Source: Deltaproteobacteria bacterium (GTDB taxonomy: Bacteria > Desulfobacterota > Binatia > HRBIN30 > CADEER01). From it: 64,000 nucleotides of DNA. The stretch spans positions 20,154 through 84,153 of the forward strand of contig JANRJF010000255.1 in NCBI GenBank assembly GCA_033764095.1. Reading direction: 5' to 3'. A program made the translations under genes and the position numbers. Positions 33,105 to 43,282 of this stretch are shown one piece after another; positions within the stretch are counted from its first letter, which is position 1, and each line of letters starts with the position of its first letter. Under the pieces are notes generated by a model that searched no databases, was not told the DNA's origin, and was given only the letters and a program-made list of their open reading frames with translations.

Positions 33105-33808
33105 GGCATGAGGTGCTTGGTGAAGAACTTGCCGAGCTCATCCCAGGCATCGCGTGCCGCGTCGGGCCGGTAGGAGTCGCGCTCGTCGCAGAAGAAGCCG
33201 TGCGGCGCGCCCGGATAGACCTTCACCGTCGCGTCCTTCTTCAGGTCGGCCAGCGTCTGCGTGATCTTCGCCACTTCCTCGTTGGGGATGAACGGATCCT
33301 GGTCGCCAAAAAACAACAACAGCGGGCAGGCGATCTTGTGCGCCTGATCAAGCAAGCCGCCGATGCCGCCACCGTAGAACGGCGCCGCCGCCCTGATGGC
33401 CGGCACGTTGCAGGCGCTGAGGAAGCTGATGCGGCCGCCCATGCAGAAGCCGGTGATGCCGATGCGGGCGCCATCGACGCCGGGATCGGACTGCAGCGTG
33501 GCGACCGCCGCGGAGACATCGGCGATGATCTGCGCGTCGGTGACGCTGGTCATCAGACGAATGGCTTCGGGAAGCTGATCGTAGCCGACCACCGCGTTTG
33601 CCTGGCGGTGGTAGATGTCTGGCGCCAGGGTGACGAAACCCTTCGCCGCGATACGATCGGCGACGCCCTTGATGTGCGCGTTCAGGCCGAACGCCTCCAT
33701 GATCACCAGCGCGGCTGGATAGCGCCCGCCGTCGGCTGGGCGGGCCAGGTGACCGGTCATGTTGCCGTCCGGCGTGGCGATCTGCACCGTGCTCGAATTG
33801 GTCTGCAT
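33101..33808 (-). CDS. dienelactone hydrolase family protein
   Basis: DLH pattern with nucleophile elbow GFCMGG and PHGF. Stop overlaps the downstream start (ATGA). Confidence 0.8.
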   Translation of the reverse strand: MQTNSSTVQIATPDGNMTGHLARPADGGRYPAALVIMEAFGLNAHIKGVADRIAAKGFVTLAPDIYHRQANAVVGYDQLPEAIRLMTSVTDAQIIADVSAAVATLQSDPGVDGARIGITGFCMGGRISFLSACNVPAIRAAAPFYGGGIGGLLDQAHKIACPLLLFFGDQDPFIPNEEVAKITQTLADLKKDATVKVYPGAPHGFFCDERDSYRPDAARDAWDELGKFFTKHLMP

Positions 33809-33948
33809 CCCTGTGCCCCTCCGTGGAAAATCGCGCTCCTCACTAACGGGTCGGCGACGACCCGCGCAACCGGGGACCGCCGGGCGGTTGACACAACTCC
33901 CGCCGGCTGGGTAGCTAAAACGCCTTTTCCGCAGACTCGGGAGGCAGC

Positions 33949-34725
33949 GTGCGTCGCGAGAAAACGAACTACATCATCCAGTCGGTGTCGCATGCCCTCG
34001 ACGTGCTCGAGCAATTCGTCGGCGAGCACGACGAACTCGGCGTGACCGAGTTGAGCAAGCGGTTGAAACTGCACAAGAATAACGTCTTCCGCCTGCTCGC
34101 GACGCTGGAGTCGCGGGGCTACATCGAGCAGAACAAGGCGACCGAGAACTACCGGCTCGGCATCCGCTGCCTGCAGCTTGGGCAGACCTACGTGACCCAG
34201 ATGGGCCTGCTGCGGCAGGCGCACCCGATCATCGAGTCGCTCGCCAACTCGGCGAATGAGACGGCGTTCGTCGCGGTGTTGCGGAAGGCGAGCGTGGTGC
34301 CGTTGGACGCGGTCGAAGCGAAGCGGCCGATCCGCATGACGTCGCGGGTTGGCGAAGCGCTGCCGCTGCACTGCACGGCGGCCGGCAAGGTCCAGCTGGC
34401 GTTCATCTCCGATGCCGACTTGCGAGAGGCGCTGACCGCGGGGCTGGCGAAGTTCACCGACCACACGATCACCGATCAGCAGGCGTTGCAGCAGCAACTC
34501 AAGCGCGTCGCCGAGACCGGCTACTCGGTCGAGTTGGGCGAGCACATCGTGGACGTGCACTCGATCGCGGTGCCGATCCGCGATTACACGCGCAACGTCG
34601 TCGGCAGTCTCGCCGTGTCGGGTCCGGCGCACCGAATGAGTGGCGAGCGGTTGGAAAAGGAGATCGCGCCGCTCATGCAGAAGGCCGGCAAAGAACTCTC
34701 CAGCCGGCTCGGTTTCAACGCCTGA
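33949..34725 (+). CDS. IclR family transcriptional regulator
   Basis: N-terminal wHTH (LSKRLKLHKNNVFRLLATL) and C-terminal IclR effector domain. Sits upstream of etfBA. Confidence 0.85.
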   Translation: MRREKTNYIIQSVSHALDVLEQFVGEHDELGVTELSKRLKLHKNNVFRLLATLESRGYIEQNKATENYRLGIRCLQLGQTYVTQMGLLRQAHPIIESLANSANETAFVAVLRKASVVPLDAVEAKRPIRMTSRVGEALPLHCTAAGKVQLAFISDADLREALTAGLAKFTDHTITDQQALQQQLKRVAETGYSVELGEHIVDVHSIAVPIRDYTRNVVGSLAVSGPAHRMSGERLEKEIAPLMQKAGKELSSRLGFNA

Positions 34726-34827
34726 TCAGGCGCTTGGCGGCGGCGCTCCCGCTCGCCCGGGCGTGCTTGTCCCGCCCAGGGGTGCGTGCTAGGCCCCGGG
34801 TTTCCATCCACGTCGAGGAGGCTCCCC

Positions 34828-35583
34828 GTGAAAATTCTGGTAGCGGCGAAGCGGGTCCCGGACCCGAACGCCACGATCAAGGTGCGGCCTGACGGCACCG
34901 GAATCGCGACCGAAAACGTCAAGTACGTGGTCAATCCGTTCTGCGAGATCGCCATCGAGGAAGCCCTGCGCATCAAGGAGAAGCAGGGGGGCGCCGAGGT
35001 GGTGTTGGTCAGCGTCGGCGGCAAGGTCGCGCAGGAGCAGCTCCGCACCGGGCTGGCGATGGGCGCCGACCGGGCCGTCTTGGTGGTGAGCGAGACCGAG
35101 GTCGAGCCTGCCGTCGTCGCGCGCGTGTTGGTCAAGCTGATCGAGGGCGAGAAGCCGGACCTGGTGCTGATGGGCAAGCAGTCGATCGACGACGACTCCA
35201 ACGTCGTCGGGCAGATGGCGGCCGAGATGCTCGGTTGGGGTCAGGCGACCAACGCCTCCGAGGTCAAGCTGGCGGGCGACAAGCAATCGGCCGTCGTGAC
35301 GCGCGAGGTGGACGGTGGCCTGGAGGACGTCGAGATCAAGCTGCCCGGCATCGTCACCACCGACCTGCGTCTCAACGAGCCGCGCTACGCTTCGCTTCCG
35401 GGCATCATGAAGGCGCGCAAGAAGGAGCTGAAGGAGATTCCGCTCGCCGAGGTCGGGGTGGACACGACGGCGACGGTGAAGATCCACAAGCTCGCGCCGC
35501 CGCCGGCGCGGCAGGCGGGCAAGAAGGTGGGCAGCGTGCAGGAGTTGGTCGACATGCTGCACAGCGAGGCGAAGGTCATCTGA
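34828..35583 (+). CDS. etfB: electron transfer flavoprotein beta subunit
   Basis: GTG start preceded by [19 protein letters not shown]...[17 protein letters not shown]. Confidence 0.9.
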   Translation: MKILVAAKRVPDPNATIKVRPDGTGIATENVKYVVNPFCEIAIEEALRIKEKQGGAEVVLVSVGGKVAQEQLRTGLAMGADRAVLVVSETEVEPAVVARVLVKLIEGEKPDLVLMGKQSIDDDSNVVGQMAAEMLGWGQATNASEVKLAGDKQSAVVTREVDGGLEDVEIKLPGIVTTDLRLNEPRYASLPGIMKARKKELKEIPLAEVGVDTTATVKIHKLAPPPARQAGKKVGSVQELVDMLHSEAKVI

Positions 35584-35618
35584 AGCGGTTCGCCGCTGCA
35601 GCGCGAGGAGTCTGATTC

Positions 35619-36581
35619 ATGAACGTGCTTGTATTTGCGGAGCACCAGCACAAGAAGTTCTCGAAGCTTGCCCTGGTCGCCGTACGCGCCGGCCAGATCC
35701 TGGCCGAGAAGACCGGCGGCACCTGCAGTGCCGCGGTGCTGGGCAACGACGTCGAGGGTCTGGCGAAGGAATTGGCCGAGTACGGCCTCAAGACCGTGTA
35801 CGCGGTCGAGCACGCGGCGCTCGAACACTACACCGCCGACGCGCACGCGCAGGCGCTGGCCAATCTGGCGCGCGACAAGGGTTTCACCGCCGTCGTTGCG
35901 GCGGCCAGCGTGGTCGGCAAGGATCTGATGCCGCGCGTCGCCGTACGGCTCGGGGCGGGCATCGCCTGCGACATCACGGGTATCAGCGACAGCGGGTTCG
36001 AACGTCCGATGTACGCCGGCAATGCCATCGCCACGATCTCGATCGAGACGCCGAACAAGGTCGTCACCGTGCGCCCGACGGCGTTCGATGCGGCGGCGAA
36101 AGGCGCGGCAGGCGCGGTCGAGAAGATCGCCGCGAGCATCGACACCAACGCCCTGCGGATGAAGTTCATCTCGTTCAACGAGACCAAGTCGGATCGGCCG
36201 GTGCTGACCGAGGCGCGCATCGTCGTCTCCGGCGGCCGCGGCCTGAAGAACGGCGAGAACTTCACCACCGTGCTCGAACCGCTGGTCGACGCCATGGGCG
36301 CCGCGATGGGGGCCAGTCGCGCCGCCGTCGACGCAGGCTTCGTTCCCAACGACCTGCAGGTCGGTCAGACCGGCAAGGTGGTCGCCCCGGAGCTGTACGT
36401 GGCGGTCGGTATCTCCGGCGCGATCCAGCATCTCGCCGGCATGAAGGACTCGAAGGTGATCGTCGCGATCAACAAGGACGAGGAGGCGCCGATCTTCCAG
36501 GTCGCCGACTACGGCCTGGTCGCCGACCTCTTCAAGGCCGTGCCGGAGATGAAGGACGCGGTCGAGAAGCTGAAGCACTGA
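35619..36581 (+). CDS. etfA: electron transfer flavoprotein alpha subunit
   Basis: FAD-binding C-terminal domain ([27 protein letters not shown]). Confidence 0.9.
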   Translation: MNVLVFAEHQHKKFSKLALVAVRAGQILAEKTGGTCSAAVLGNDVEGLAKELAEYGLKTVYAVEHAALEHYTADAHAQALANLARDKGFTAVVAAASVVGKDLMPRVAVRLGAGIACDITGISDSGFERPMYAGNAIATISIETPNKVVTVRPTAFDAAAKGAAGAVEKIAASIDTNALRMKFISFNETKSDRPVLTEARIVVSGGRGLKNGENFTTVLEPLVDAMGAAMGASRAAVDAGFVPNDLQVGQTGKVVAPELYVAVGISGAIQHLAGMKDSKVIVAINKDEEAPIFQVADYGLVADLFKAVPEMKDAVEKLKH

Positions 36582-36602
36582 ACCGAGATACGCACGCAAG
36601 CA

Positions 36603-36644
36603 AAAAGGGGCCGTGGCATACGCCACGGCCCCTTTTTGCTTTTG
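36603..36644. terminator. bidirectional rho-independent terminator between etfA and the convergent etfD-like gene
   Basis: GGGGCCGTGG-CATACG-CCACGGCCCC perfect 10-bp GC stem. Followed by TTTTTGCTTTTG and preceded by AAAAA. Confidence 0.8.
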
Positions 36645-36668
36645 CGGCGCGGTGGCGGCGCGCCGCGA

Positions 36669-38750
36669 TCAGCTCTTGAGCGAGCTCGCCACCAGTTCCA
36701 TCACGTCGAGCGCCGGCACCTTCTCTTCCATGCCCTTCGACTTGAGGCCGTCGTCGATCATGGTCATGCAGAACGGACAGGCGACCGCGACTGCATCCGG
36801 ATTGGTCTCCAGCGCCTGCTCGACTCGGCGGAAGTTGACGCGCTGCGTCGGCTCCTCTTCCATCCACATGCGACCACCGCCGGCGCCGCAGCACATGCCG
36901 AAGCGGCGGCTGCGCTCCATCTCCTTCAGCTGCACGCCGGGGAGCTTGCTGAGGATGTTGCGCGGGGACTCGAAGACGCCGTTGTAGCGGCCCAGGTAGC
37001 AGGAGTCGTGGTAGGTGATGGCGCGCGGTTGGCCGGCGCTGTTCAGCTCCAGCTTGCCCTCGCTGATCAGGCGGTCGACCAGCTCGGACGCGTGGATCAC
37101 CTCGAAGTTGCCGCCGAACTGCGGATAGTCGTTGCGGAACGTGTTGAAGCAGTGCGGGCAGTTGGTGATGATCTTGCGCACCGAGTAGCCGTTCAGCACC
37201 TCGACCGCCATCTGCGCCATGGTCTGGAACAGGTACTCGTTGCCGATGCGGCGCGCCGTCTCGCCATTGCAGGGCTCCTCGACACCGAGGATGGCGAAGC
37301 TGACGTTGGCCGCGTTCAGCACTTTGGCCAGGGCCTGCGTGGTGCGCTTGTGGCGGTCGTCGAACGATCCGGCGCAGCCGACGAAGTAGAGGTACTCGGC
37401 ATCCGGCTTCTCGGCGATGGTCGGCACCGACAGTCCCTCGGCCCAGTCGGCGCGCGTGCCGGCGTCGATGCCCCAGGGATTGCCCTGCGTCTCCATCGAC
37501 TTGAAGGTGCGCGTCAGCTCGGCCGGAAAGCGCGACTCCTCCTGCACCAGGTGGCGGCGCATGTCGACGATCTTGTCCACGTACTCGATGAGCACCGGGC
37601 AGGCCTCTTCGCAGGCGCGACAGGTGGTACAGGCCCACAGCACCTCGTCATGGATGAGGCGCTCACCGACGATGTTCTCGCCGATCGTCACCGGGGCCGC
37701 GTCGGCCTCGGCGCTCGCGGCGCCATTGGTCTTCGCCGCCAGCACCTCGCCCTCGTGCTCGTAGAGGTAGTCGCGCAGATTGAGCATGAGCTGCCGCGGT
37801 GCCAGCTCCTTGCCGCTGATCGTCGCCGGGCAGTGCGACGAACAGCGCCCGCACTCGGTGCAGGAGTACATGTCCAGCACCTGCTTCCAGGTGAACTGGT
37901 TGATGTACGAGGTCCCGAAGGTGGTGGCGTTCTCCAAGTCCTGCTTGCTCAGCTGTCCGGTGGGCTCGAGCTTCTTGAAGAAGACGTTCGGCACCGAGGT
38001 GATGATGTGGAAATGCTTCGACAGCGGCAGCAGGTTCATGAAGACCAGGATCACGCCGTTGTGGAGCCACCACCCGACGCTACTCACCAGGCCCGCCAGG
38101 CTCGCCCCGCCCAGGGCGAACAGGGCCGCCCCCACCAGCGAGCTGAGCGGCTGCCACGCCCGCTCACTGGCGATCTCCGGCGTCAACTCTCCCGCATAGA
38201 GATGGCCACCGTCGTACAGAAAGCCGGCGATCATGATCGTGGCGATGAAGCTGAGGATCAGGATCGCCTCGCCGTGCGACTGGCCGCGCAGCTTGTTCTC
38301 CGCCGGGGCAAATCCGTAGAGCCGCGCCGGATGGGTGATCAGCCAGCGCACCAACGCCATGCCGATCGCGCCAAGCACGACCAATTGGATGACGTCCTTC
38401 AGCAGCAGATAGGGCCCGCCAAGCAGGTCGACAGACAGCCCGGGCAAGTGGAAGCCCGGGAAGAAACCGCGCACGAACATGTGCACGACCTGCACGGCCA
38501 GAATGGTAAAGCCCCAGAAAATGAAGAAGTGCATCCAGCCGGCGGCCCGATCGCCCTTCAGCGGCTGCTCGCCGACGACGAATTTCTTCTGGCCGAGCAC
38601 GTACTGCAGCACCGCCGAGACGCGCTCTGGAATGCGATCGAAGCGCGGCACGTCGACGACCTTCGTGAGTACCGCGAAGCGCCGGTACAGGGTTCGGCCA
38701 AGCAGGCCGCCGCCCAGCGCCAGCATCGCGGCGAAGATAAGCATACTCAT
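36669..38750 (-). CDS. membrane-anchored (Fe-S)-binding oxidoreductase, EtfD/GlpC/HdrD-like (N-terminal membrane domain, 4Fe-4S dicluster, CCG domains)
   Basis: N-terminal hydrophobic helices. [12 protein letters not shown] and [12 protein letters not shown] ferredoxin motifs. Two Cys-rich CCG-type motifs (CPHCFNT..., GMCCGAGGG...CPFC). Convergent with etfBA. Confidence 0.8.
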   Translation of the reverse strand: MSMLIFAAMLALGGGLLGRTLYRRFAVLTKVVDVPRFDRIPERVSAVLQYVLGQKKFVVGEQPLKGDRAAGWMHFFIFWGFTILAVQVVHMFVRGFFPGFHLPGLSVDLLGGPYLLLKDVIQLVVLGAIGMALVRWLITHPARLYGFAPAENKLRGQSHGEAILILSFIATIMIAGFLYDGGHLYAGELTPEIASERAWQPLSSLVGAALFALGGASLAGLVSSVGWWLHNGVILVFMNLLPLSKHFHIITSVPNVFFKKLEPTGQLSKQDLENATTFGTSYINQFTWKQVLDMYSCTECGRCSSHCPATISGKELAPRQLMLNLRDYLYEHEGEVLAAKTNGAASAEADAAPVTIGENIVGERLIHDEVLWACTTCRACEEACPVLIEYVDKIVDMRRHLVQEESRFPAELTRTFKSMETQGNPWGIDAGTRADWAEGLSVPTIAEKPDAEYLYFVGCAGSFDDRHKRTTQALAKVLNAANVSFAILGVEEPCNGETARRIGNEYLFQTMAQMAVEVLNGYSVRKIITNCPHCFNTFRNDYPQFGGNFEVIHASELVDRLISEGKLELNSAGQPRAITYHDSCYLGRYNGVFESPRNILSKLPGVQLKEMERSRRFGMCCGAGGGRMWMEEEPTQRVNFRRVEQALETNPDAVAVACPFCMTMIDDGLKSKGMEEKVPALDVMELVASSLKS

Positions 38751-38923
38751 TGGAACAGCCCCCGATGCGAGGAAGTTGGCTTATGTGGTGAGCCCTACCA
38801 GCAAGCCCCCAACGCTGACAAGAACGGGTGCCTGGGGCGCCGCGGCAGTGCGGATCGTGGACAAAAAAAGAGCCGGGAGGATGCCCTCCCGGCTCTCGTG
38901 AAGCCTCGAAGCGTCAGTGCCGC

Positions 38924-40126
38924 TTACGGCATCGTGATGAAGTCCGGCGTGGCGCGCTCGCCCGCCTGATGGATGTTGAATGCCGTCGTGGCGCGCACCG
39001 TCCCCAGATCGTTCGGATCGGTGCGGTAGAACTCCTCCGCCACGCCGAGCAGGCCGTTGCCGTGCAGCGGCGAGCCGTCATCCACACCGCGGATGCGAGT
39101 CTGGCCGGTGAGGGTTCCGGAGACATAGGCGCTGAACACCGAGAACTGGCAGCTGTTGGAGGTCGGATCGTCGTCGAAGATGGCGCGATCCTTACCGGTG
39201 CCCAGCGAGCACAGTTCGAATTCCTTGAAGCAACGCACAGGACGGCTGGCGGAGAAGCGCTGCTCGAACTCGTTGAAGACCAGGAACTGCGCGGTCGTGC
39301 TGAACAGTGCGACGTCCTGCAGGAGGAAATTCTGCGAGCACGGCACCAGCGTCAGGTGCGTCTTGACATACTGGTTGCTGACCGGTTCGACCGCGTCGTC
39401 GAAGAAGTGGTTCAGGATGAGAACGTTCGGGCAGCCGTTGTACTCAGGATCTTCGCCGCCCAGAACCAGCGTGTTGTCGCCATCGTTGGCGCCGGCGATC
39501 GCCTGGATGCCGATGCCGTTGTAGGCGCGCGCATCGATCGAGCTGTCGTCGTAGGTGATGATCGACACTTCGGCCTTGACGTCATTGCGATCGACCGGTG
39601 CATCGTCCGGGCCGACCTGGACGCACTTGAGCTCGCCCATGAACGGGTCTTCATTGACCGCCGGAACCGAGCCCTCCTGGCCGGCATCAGCCAGCGGCAT
39701 CGAGGTGAGCCCTTCGCTGATGCGCCAGATCAGGGGCTGATGCGGCGTCATCGTGATCTCGAAGTCGGTCTCGATCCAGCCCTCGAAGCACAGCCCACCC
39801 GGGATCGGCGTCTGGCAATCCGCCGCTACCGAGCAGACCCGCGACGGATCGTTGGTGCAGTGCGAGTTCGCGTTCACGTAGAAACAACGCATCTTGACCG
39901 CCTGGTCCGATACGTTGGTGATCTGAATCTCGGTGTCGACCGGGTCGCCGTTACCGGTCAGCACACCGAGATCACCGTCGGAGTCGAAGATCAGCTTTGG
40001 GATGACGATCAGGCCAGCCGGCCGATCAGAGGTCACGTCAGCGCGCGAGGCCCCCGCCGTCAACATCAGTCCGCCGAGGATCGCCAGCGCGCCCGCGAGG
40101 ACAGGATTACGCTTCACCGTACGCAT
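38924..40126 (-). CDS. secreted Cys-rich hypothetical protein, paralog A
   Basis: ATG (MRTVKRNPVLAGALAILGGLMLTAGASRA signal peptide) preceded by AAAGGAGAAGGG. ~400 aa. Paralogous to the next gene. Confidence 0.7.
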   Translation of the reverse strand: MRTVKRNPVLAGALAILGGLMLTAGASRADVTSDRPAGLIVIPKLIFDSDGDLGVLTGNGDPVDTEIQITNVSDQAVKMRCFYVNANSHCTNDPSRVCSVAADCQTPIPGGLCFEGWIETDFEITMTPHQPLIWRISEGLTSMPLADAGQEGSVPAVNEDPFMGELKCVQVGPDDAPVDRNDVKAEVSIITYDDSSIDARAYNGIGIQAIAGANDGDNTLVLGGEDPEYNGCPNVLILNHFFDDAVEPVSNQYVKTHLTLVPCSQNFLLQDVALFSTTAQFLVFNEFEQRFSASRPVRCFKEFELCSLGTGKDRAIFDDDPTSNSCQFSVFSAYVSGTLTGQTRIRGVDDGSPLHGNGLLGVAEEFYRTDPNDLGTVRATTAFNIHQAGERATPDFITMP

Positions 40127-40179
40127 TGCCCTTCTCCTTTCAACCGTCAGGGAGAACCCAGCCACAACCACTTCCGCGC

Positions 40180-41424
40180 TCACAGATCCGGAAGCGTGAC
40201 CTTGTCCACGACCTCGCCACCGCTGGCGGTGAATCGATCACCTTCCATGTGGATGTTGAGCGCGGCGCGGGTCAGGTTGCCCGACGAATCGGCGCGAGTC
40301 ACTCCGGCGACGCCGAGCACCGCGCCGCCATCCGGATTCGGGATGATGCGGGTGTGGGCGGCGACAGTCCCCAGGGAGCCGAAGGAGAACACGGACTTCT
40401 CAGGATTGTTCGGGCTGTCGACCTCGAACAGGTAGAAGTTCTTCCAGCAATCGACGGTCGTGCTGGCCGAGAAGACCTGCTCAAACTCGTTGTAGATCTT
40501 GAACTGGACCGTCACGCTGGCCGGCGTGGCGTTCTCGAAGTCCTCGGTGCACGGGATCAGCGTCAGGTCGGTCAGAGAGGCGCTGACCAGATCGATGTCG
40601 CCGGCCATGTTTTCGATCTGCGGCGGGTTGTTGCACACGCCCGTGCAGTCCGCATCGCTGTAGCACGGCGTATTGACCGGTGCGCTGCAGGTGCCGCCCC
40701 GGAGGTTGGCGTACAGCACGGGATCGGTAACGCCCTCCGAGAGGTGGTTGAGGAGCAGGACGTTCGGGCAGGCGTCGTACTGACCGACTGCTTCCTCGGC
40801 TTCCAAGGGCTGGTTCAGCAGCAACTCGTTGCCGGTCTCGCCGGCGAGGTCGGTGCCCTGGATACCAATCGCATTGTACTTGGAGACGTCGTTGTCGGCC
40901 GAGATCAGCGTCGCCTCACCCTTCAGATGGTTGCCGCCGATCGGATTGCCGGCGACGTCCACCTCGACGCACTTGAGCTCGCCGACGAAGTCCTCCAGCA
41001 CCGGCGGGACAGCTCCTGGATCGATACCAGCATTCGAGCATTGCGGGCTCGGCTGATAGCGACCGTCCGAGCTAGAGCAGACGTCGGTCGGATTGACGAA
41101 GCGACCGGTGCTCACCTGCCAATGGGTCGGCTGCTGCTTGGTGAGCCAGATGGTGAAGTCGGTCACCTGCCATTGCGGGATTCCGAAGAAGTCCGGCGCG
41201 GCATTCACATAGAAGCAGTGCGCGTGCACCATGTTGTTCGAAATGTTGGTAATTTGGATGATGGTGTCACCATCTTCCGAATTGGCCAGGACCTTCGGGA
41301 AAGCGAGGATCGATGCTCCCCTCTCCGTCGTGACGGCCGCGTGCGCGGTGCCGGCCATCATCCCCAGCGCCACCGCGACCCCGCAGAGCCCTGAGAGAAA
41401 AGCATTCCGCTTCTCCGTTCGCAT
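40180..41424 (-). CDS. secreted Cys-rich hypothetical protein, paralog B
   Basis: ATG (MRTEKRNAFLSGLCGVAVALGMMAGTAHA signal peptide) preceded by GAAAGGAGGAGGG. ~414 aa. Shares motifs with paralog A (IQITN.S, CFYVNA, GELKCV.V, NGIGIQ, CPNVL.LNH, FNEFEQ.FSAS, NIH). Confidence 0.7.
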   Translation of the reverse strand: MRTEKRNAFLSGLCGVAVALGMMAGTAHAAVTTERGASILAFPKVLANSEDGDTIIQITNISNNMVHAHCFYVNAAPDFFGIPQWQVTDFTIWLTKQQPTHWQVSTGRFVNPTDVCSSSDGRYQPSPQCSNAGIDPGAVPPVLEDFVGELKCVEVDVAGNPIGGNHLKGEATLISADNDVSKYNAIGIQGTDLAGETGNELLLNQPLEAEEAVGQYDACPNVLLLNHLSEGVTDPVLYANLRGGTCSAPVNTPCYSDADCTGVCNNPPQIENMAGDIDLVSASLTDLTLIPCTEDFENATPASVTVQFKIYNEFEQVFSASTTVDCWKNFYLFEVDSPNNPEKSVFSFGSLGTVAAHTRIIPNPDGGAVLGVAGVTRADSSGNLTRAALNIHMEGDRFTASGGEVVDKVTLPDL

Positions 41425-41755
41425 TGCCCTCCTCCTTTCCAGTCGGCCGAGACTCATACCTCACTCCCTTGCATTCGAAACCAAGACGCGGCCGCGCTTT
41501 TTTTGGACGCGGCTGCAGAAGTGGCGCGTTACATACTCAAAATTCAAACACATTGTCAAGGGAATATCGGGCGTTGCACCGCGGCGTACGGACAAACCGT
41601 TCATGTCCGACTATTCCGCGTCACTGGATGAGCGCCCCTCGCTTGCGGCTCAGCCTGCCAATGCCCGTCCCCTCTCCCTCTACCGTTTCGGTGGGCGCTT
41701 AGATCACGTTTCGCCGAACCGGTCAAATGCAAAACCGGGGACGAGATGTACGCAA

Positions 41756-43090
41756 TCAGGCGAGGACGATCTTGCCACGCCCCTCGCTCACGTTGCGGGT
41801 TGCGTTGCGAGTGTCCACGACCAGGCGCGCATGGCGCACGACGAATTCGTAGTCGACCGTCGTGTGGTCGGTGGCAATGAGGACGGCATCGGCAGCCGCC
41901 AGCGTCGCCGCGTCGAGTGGCACTGACGTCAATCCAAAGTCATGGCGACGACCCGGCTTGAGCGCCGGCACGAACGGATCGTGGTAGGTCACCCGCGCGC
42001 GCTTGCGCGCCAGCAGCTCCAACAACTTGAAGGACGGTGATTCGCGGTCGTCATCGAGATCGCGCTTGTAGGCCACGCCGAGGAGGAGAATCTGCGACCC
42101 GTTCAAGCTGCGGCCCTGTTCGTTGAGCGCATCGGCAAGGCGCTCGACGACATAGGCGGGCATCGACAGGTTCACCTCGCCGGCGAGCTCGATGAACCGC
42201 GTGCTCATCTCGAACTGGCGGGCGCGCCAGGTGAGGTAGAACGGATCGATTGGGATGCAGTGCCCGCCCAAGCCTGGACCCGGATAGAATGGGGTGAAGC
42301 CGAAGGGCTTGGTCGCCGCTGCGTCGATGATCTCCCAGATGTTCAGGCCCATGCGGTCGAAGAGCACCTTGAGCTCATTGACCAGCGCGATGTTGACACT
42401 GCGGTAGACGTTCTCCAGCAGCTTGGCGGCTTCCGCGACCGACGCGTTCGACACCGGCACGACGCGATCGATGAAGGCGCCGTAGAGTGCGGCCGCGACC
42501 CGACCGCAAGCGGGCGTGACACCGCCAACGAGTTTGGGAATCGTGCGCGTGGTGAAGTCGCGATTGTTGGGATCTTCGCGCTCGGGCGAGAAGGCCAGAT
42601 GGAAGTCCTTCGCCACGCGCAGCCCGCCGCGCTCCAGAATCGGCCGCACCACTTCGTCGGTGGTACCGGGATAGGTGGTGCTCTCGAGGACGATCAGCTG
42701 CCCCGGACGCAGATACCGGGCGACCGTCTCCGCCGTGCTGGTGACGTAGGACAGGTCGGGCTCGCGATTCTCCGTCAGCGGAGTTGGGACGCAGATGAGG
42801 ATCCCATCACAGCGCGCCAGATCCGCGTATTCAGCGCTCGGGAAGAATCCCGCCTCGCCGGGTGCCGGGATCGCCGTACGAATGATCGGCTCGAGGCGCT
42901 CGGACGCGACGTGGCGAATGTACGAGCGCCGCTGGCGCAGGAGCTCGATCTTGTCCTGCCGCAGGTCGAACCCGACGCTGGGGAACCCCGCTTCCGCGAT
43001 CGTCGCCGCCAACGGCAGACCGACGTAGCCCAACCCGAGCACGCCGACGACGGCCCGACGCGACTCGAACAGTTCGATAAGCTCCGCCAT
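41756..43090 (-). CDS. nucleotide-sugar dehydrogenase (UDP-N-acetyl-D-mannosamine/-glucosamine dehydrogenase family)
   Basis: Internal ATG at 43090 with GGAGG SD. VGVLGLGYVGLP NAD-binding motif, catalytic GGHCIP, FSPER. 444 aa. Confidence 0.85.
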   Translation of the reverse strand: MAELIELFESRRAVVGVLGLGYVGLPLAATIAEAGFPSVGFDLRQDKIELLRQRRSYIRHVASERLEPIIRTAIPAPGEAGFFPSAEYADLARCDGILICVPTPLTENREPDLSYVTSTAETVARYLRPGQLIVLESTTYPGTTDEVVRPILERGGLRVAKDFHLAFSPEREDPNNRDFTTRTIPKLVGGVTPACGRVAAALYGAFIDRVVPVSNASVAEAAKLLENVYRSVNIALVNELKVLFDRMGLNIWEIIDAAATKPFGFTPFYPGPGLGGHCIPIDPFYLTWRARQFEMSTRFIELAGEVNLSMPAYVVERLADALNEQGRSLNGSQILLLGVAYKRDLDDDRESPSFKLLELLARKRARVTYHDPFVPALKPGRRHDFGLTSVPLDAATLAAADAVLIATDHTTVDYEFVVRHARLVVDTRNATRNVSEGRGKIVLA

Positions 43091-43282
43091 TGCGTTCTGC
43101 GTGCCTCCGCCCGGATTCCCCCCCGGCGGGAGCGATGATTTCCCGCCAGGCCATTCGTCATACCGTCGCCGGCAGCGCAAAGAAAGCTCGATCCTGCCGC
43201 ACAAACGACAACGGGGGGCGACCCATTCGGATCGCCCCCCGTCGCCGATTCAGGCCTTCGAGTGGCCTGACTTCTCGCGTTC

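Noticed and set aside
36636-38969. 777-aa plus ORF antisense to the EtfD-like Fe-S protein
   Set aside because: Low-complexity composition with no motifs. The minus-strand protein has transmembrane helices and ferredoxin/CCG motifs.
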